Assembly (NCBI RefSeq): GCF_044704955.1
Contig: NC_091980.1
Span: 128,464,001-128,528,000, forward strand
Direction: 5' to 3'
DNA length: 64,000 nucleotides
DNA from: Pristiophorus japonicus
Lineage: Eukaryota
Shown: in pieces, positions 61,235 to 64,000 of the stretch
Position numbering within the stretch: the stretch's first letter is position 1
Layout: every line of letters starts with the position of its first letter
Position numbers and translations under genes: made by a program
The notes under the pieces: model-generated
The model's database searches: none
What the model was told of the DNA's origin: nothing
What the model saw: the letters and a program-made list of their open reading frames with translations, nothing else

Positions 61235-63299
61235 GTGAGTCTGCAAAGCAATCAACAATGTGTCAGGTGAATGGAAAGTGCTCGTGATCAATGTATCAAA
61301 CACAAGTTCTCAGATACACCATCACTTCTAACTTTATTGAGTACCTATACACAAATCAGCTCGAATCTGGAGGGGACCAAGGGATGTACAGTTCATGTTT
61401 TGTTACCATGAAATTGTAGAAGCAATGAGATAGACTGCAGTCCAGAAAGAAAGCCTTGCATTTATATAGCGCCGTTCATGATCGCAGGGTGTCCCAAAGC
61501 GTTTCACAGCCAATGAAGTATTTTTTGAAGTGCAGTCACTATTGTAAGAAATGCAGAGCCAATTAGCACACAGCAAGGTCCCACAAATAGCAATGTGATC
61601 ATGAACATATAATCTATTTTCAGTGATGTTGGTTGAGGAATAAATATTGGCCAGGACATCGGGGATAACTCCCCTGCTCTTCTTCGATATCGTGCCGTGG
61701 GACCATCAGATTTTTTCTGTCCACCTGAGAGGGCAGACAGAGCCACAGTTGAACATCTCATCCAAACGATGGCATCTCCAACAGTGCAGCATTCCTTCAT
61801 TTCTGCACTGTCATGCCAGCCGAGATTTTGTGCTCAATTCTCTGGAGTGGGGACTTGAACCCATAATTTTCTGACTGTGAGATGAGAGTGCTCCCCACTG
61901 AGTCCATCTGACTGATCCCTGATACTAAAAGTTCTCAGTCACCCAGTCCACCAATATCTATCTCAATCATGTGTAAAATTTCCACGCTATCCGCTTCTGG
62001 GATTCCCAGGCTCAACTCCCAAGTTGGTGGCTTGTGGCCTAGAACTATTAAGTTTATATTCCCACTGTTGATTTCCCTTCCCTAGTCTCATTCTCTTGCT
62101 TTGTCCCACATTAAATGCCATTTTCCACCAGCAGCACACCTATCCAGGTCCCTTTATATTGGGTTTGCCTCACCTCTATTATTAGATTCATGCAAACTTG
62201 AAATGATGGTTAACTGAGTGTGTTTTCTTTAATGTCTTAAATATCTGAGGAGGCACCTATTTGCACCAGTACATTCCATGTATTTTACATGTGCTGTGGT
62301 AAGTCTTGTCTATCTACAGAGGTTAAAGGGCAGGACATTTGTGTCAAGCTGAAGGGATTGGAAGGATTGTGGGAAGAGAGAGAGAAACACTGTGTGCACT
62401 GTTGGTTGTGTAGACATTGTCCCACTGGTGTGAAGGGAATATTTGTTTTTTCCTGTGTTTGGTAATGATTAATCTCTCTTGATGTTTGACTGTCCACGGG
62501 AAAAGCACAAATGGAAAGAGGCGAGGTGAATACTCTCTGTTGGAATATGTTGAGAGTTACTGATGTTTCCACAAATCTGGTCAGGGAAGGATGGTGCTGG
62601 GGCTCCATGGATATCTTTCGTTCCTCATCGGATCAGAACACTGTGGGATCAACAGGAAACAACAGGCTAAGAAAGCACATCAAAGGTGGAACACTATTGA
62701 AGGAAGAAGTCAGGAAAAGTGGGGCCGATGGACTGACACGCCCGTGTTCATGTGTTACAGGCAAGTTGCGAATAATCTCTGAATTTCAGTATGGACAAAA
62801 CTCAGATGAAGCTGAAAACACTGTGAGCAAGTCTCCAATTGTTTATTCGATAGATACTTGTCTCTATTATCCAACTCTTCAGCCAGCCAATAAGTGACAG
62901 CTTTGGAAGTTGGGATCGAGTGCAATATTGCTCCAGGCCAATGGGACTCCATGAAGAGAGTATTGAGGAGGTCATGGGGCTCAGAGCAACAACATTTTAG
63001 TGAGAGACTAGAAATCAGCAAGGGAGATCTGTGGGGTTTCCAAGATTGCAACTGAAATTGGAAGCGTTTTGAAGCCTGTCGGGTCCGGGCTGCTGGAACA
63101 TGTGTTAGAGCTGAGCACAGAGAGAGGCTGGGAAATATAAAACAAGAGTGATACAAACAGCAGGAGCTTGAGTTAAGTGCTACACAGCAAGGGGAAGACA
63201 GGCTGAAGAGATGGAGAAAACAGCCAGGTAACTATAGGAGGAACTGCTGCAGATCAAATCTCACCTTGACAATTTGGATTCAGTTTAAAATGTAAAACA

Positions 63300-64000
63300 A
63301 CCTGATTGAGCGTGGTCAATGCTTCGATGCTGGGGATGTTGACCTGAGTGAGAACACTGAAGTTGGTGCGTCTGAAGATCGAGAAGAGCGTTGGTGCGAT
63401 GACACAGCCGGGCTTGGCCCCGGTCCGAACATGGAATGGGTCTGTGATGTATCCGTTGGTCAGGATCACGGCTTGCATGTCATCGTGGAGCAGGTGGTGA
63501 AAAACTTTTGATGGTGGCCGAATCTGAGGAGGATGCTCCATAAACCCTCAGGGTTGACAGTGTTGAAGGTTTTTGTGAGGTCAAAGAAGGCCACGGACAA
63601 GGATTGGTGCTATTCCCTGCATTTCTCTTGTATCTGCCGCGCAGTGAAGATCATGTCCATTGTGCCCCTTAGTGGGCGGAATCCACATTGCGACTCTGGG
63701 AGGAGCTCTTCAGCCACAGGGAAAAGGCAATTGAGGAGGATTCTTGCGATGACTTTCCCAGTGGTCGAAAGCAGGGAGATTCCTCTGTAGTTACCGCATT
63801 CGGACTTGTGACCTTTCCTGAAAATGGTCACGATTACAGTGTCTCTGAGATCTCCTGGCATGATCTCCTCATTCCAGATAAGAGAGATGAGATCAGGAAT
63901 CCATGCCAGTAGTGCTTCTCCACAATGTTTAATGCTTCAGCGGGGATTCCATCTGCTCCTGATGTATTGTTTCTTCAGTTGTCGGATGGTCTTTTCAACC
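63300..64000 (-). mobile_element. RTE LINE RT fragment, runs off the window
   Basis: CGNYRGISLLSTTGK..ESQCGFRPLRGTMDMIFTARQIQEKCRE; GAKPGCVIAPTLF. Confidence 0.88.

Overview
Eukaryotic, repeat-rich vertebrate DNA; the repeat families (CR1, RTE, Tx1, Penelope, Deu-type SINE, Mag-type Gypsy) suggest a cartilaginous fish (inference). The window is a tandem array of at least five minus-strand, four-exon ferritin heavy/middle-subunit genes (ATGs at 563, 23161, 35514, 48824, 59325). Copy 1 is cut by the window edge, copies 2 and 4 are intact (176 aa), copy 3 is a pseudogene, and copy 5 is open but lacks one ferroxidase-site Glu. The ~10-kb units are inflated by four decayed Gypsy LTR elements (one nested in another), LINE fragments, SINEs and MITEs. 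Main observations: (1) all five copies carry a cap-proximal iron-responsive-element remnant whose CAGUGN loop has become CAAA(G/C)U, suggesting an amplified ferritin family released from IRP control; (2) six Tx1 3' ends are stacked between seven copies of a 13-bp target, with shared 5' junctions but different 3' UTRs, and a second similar event lies at 54.4-55.7 kb, suggesting homology-resolved serial retrotransposition; (3) a LINE begins and ends with the same sequences as a local SINE. All coordinates were read by eye and TE family names are unverified by search.
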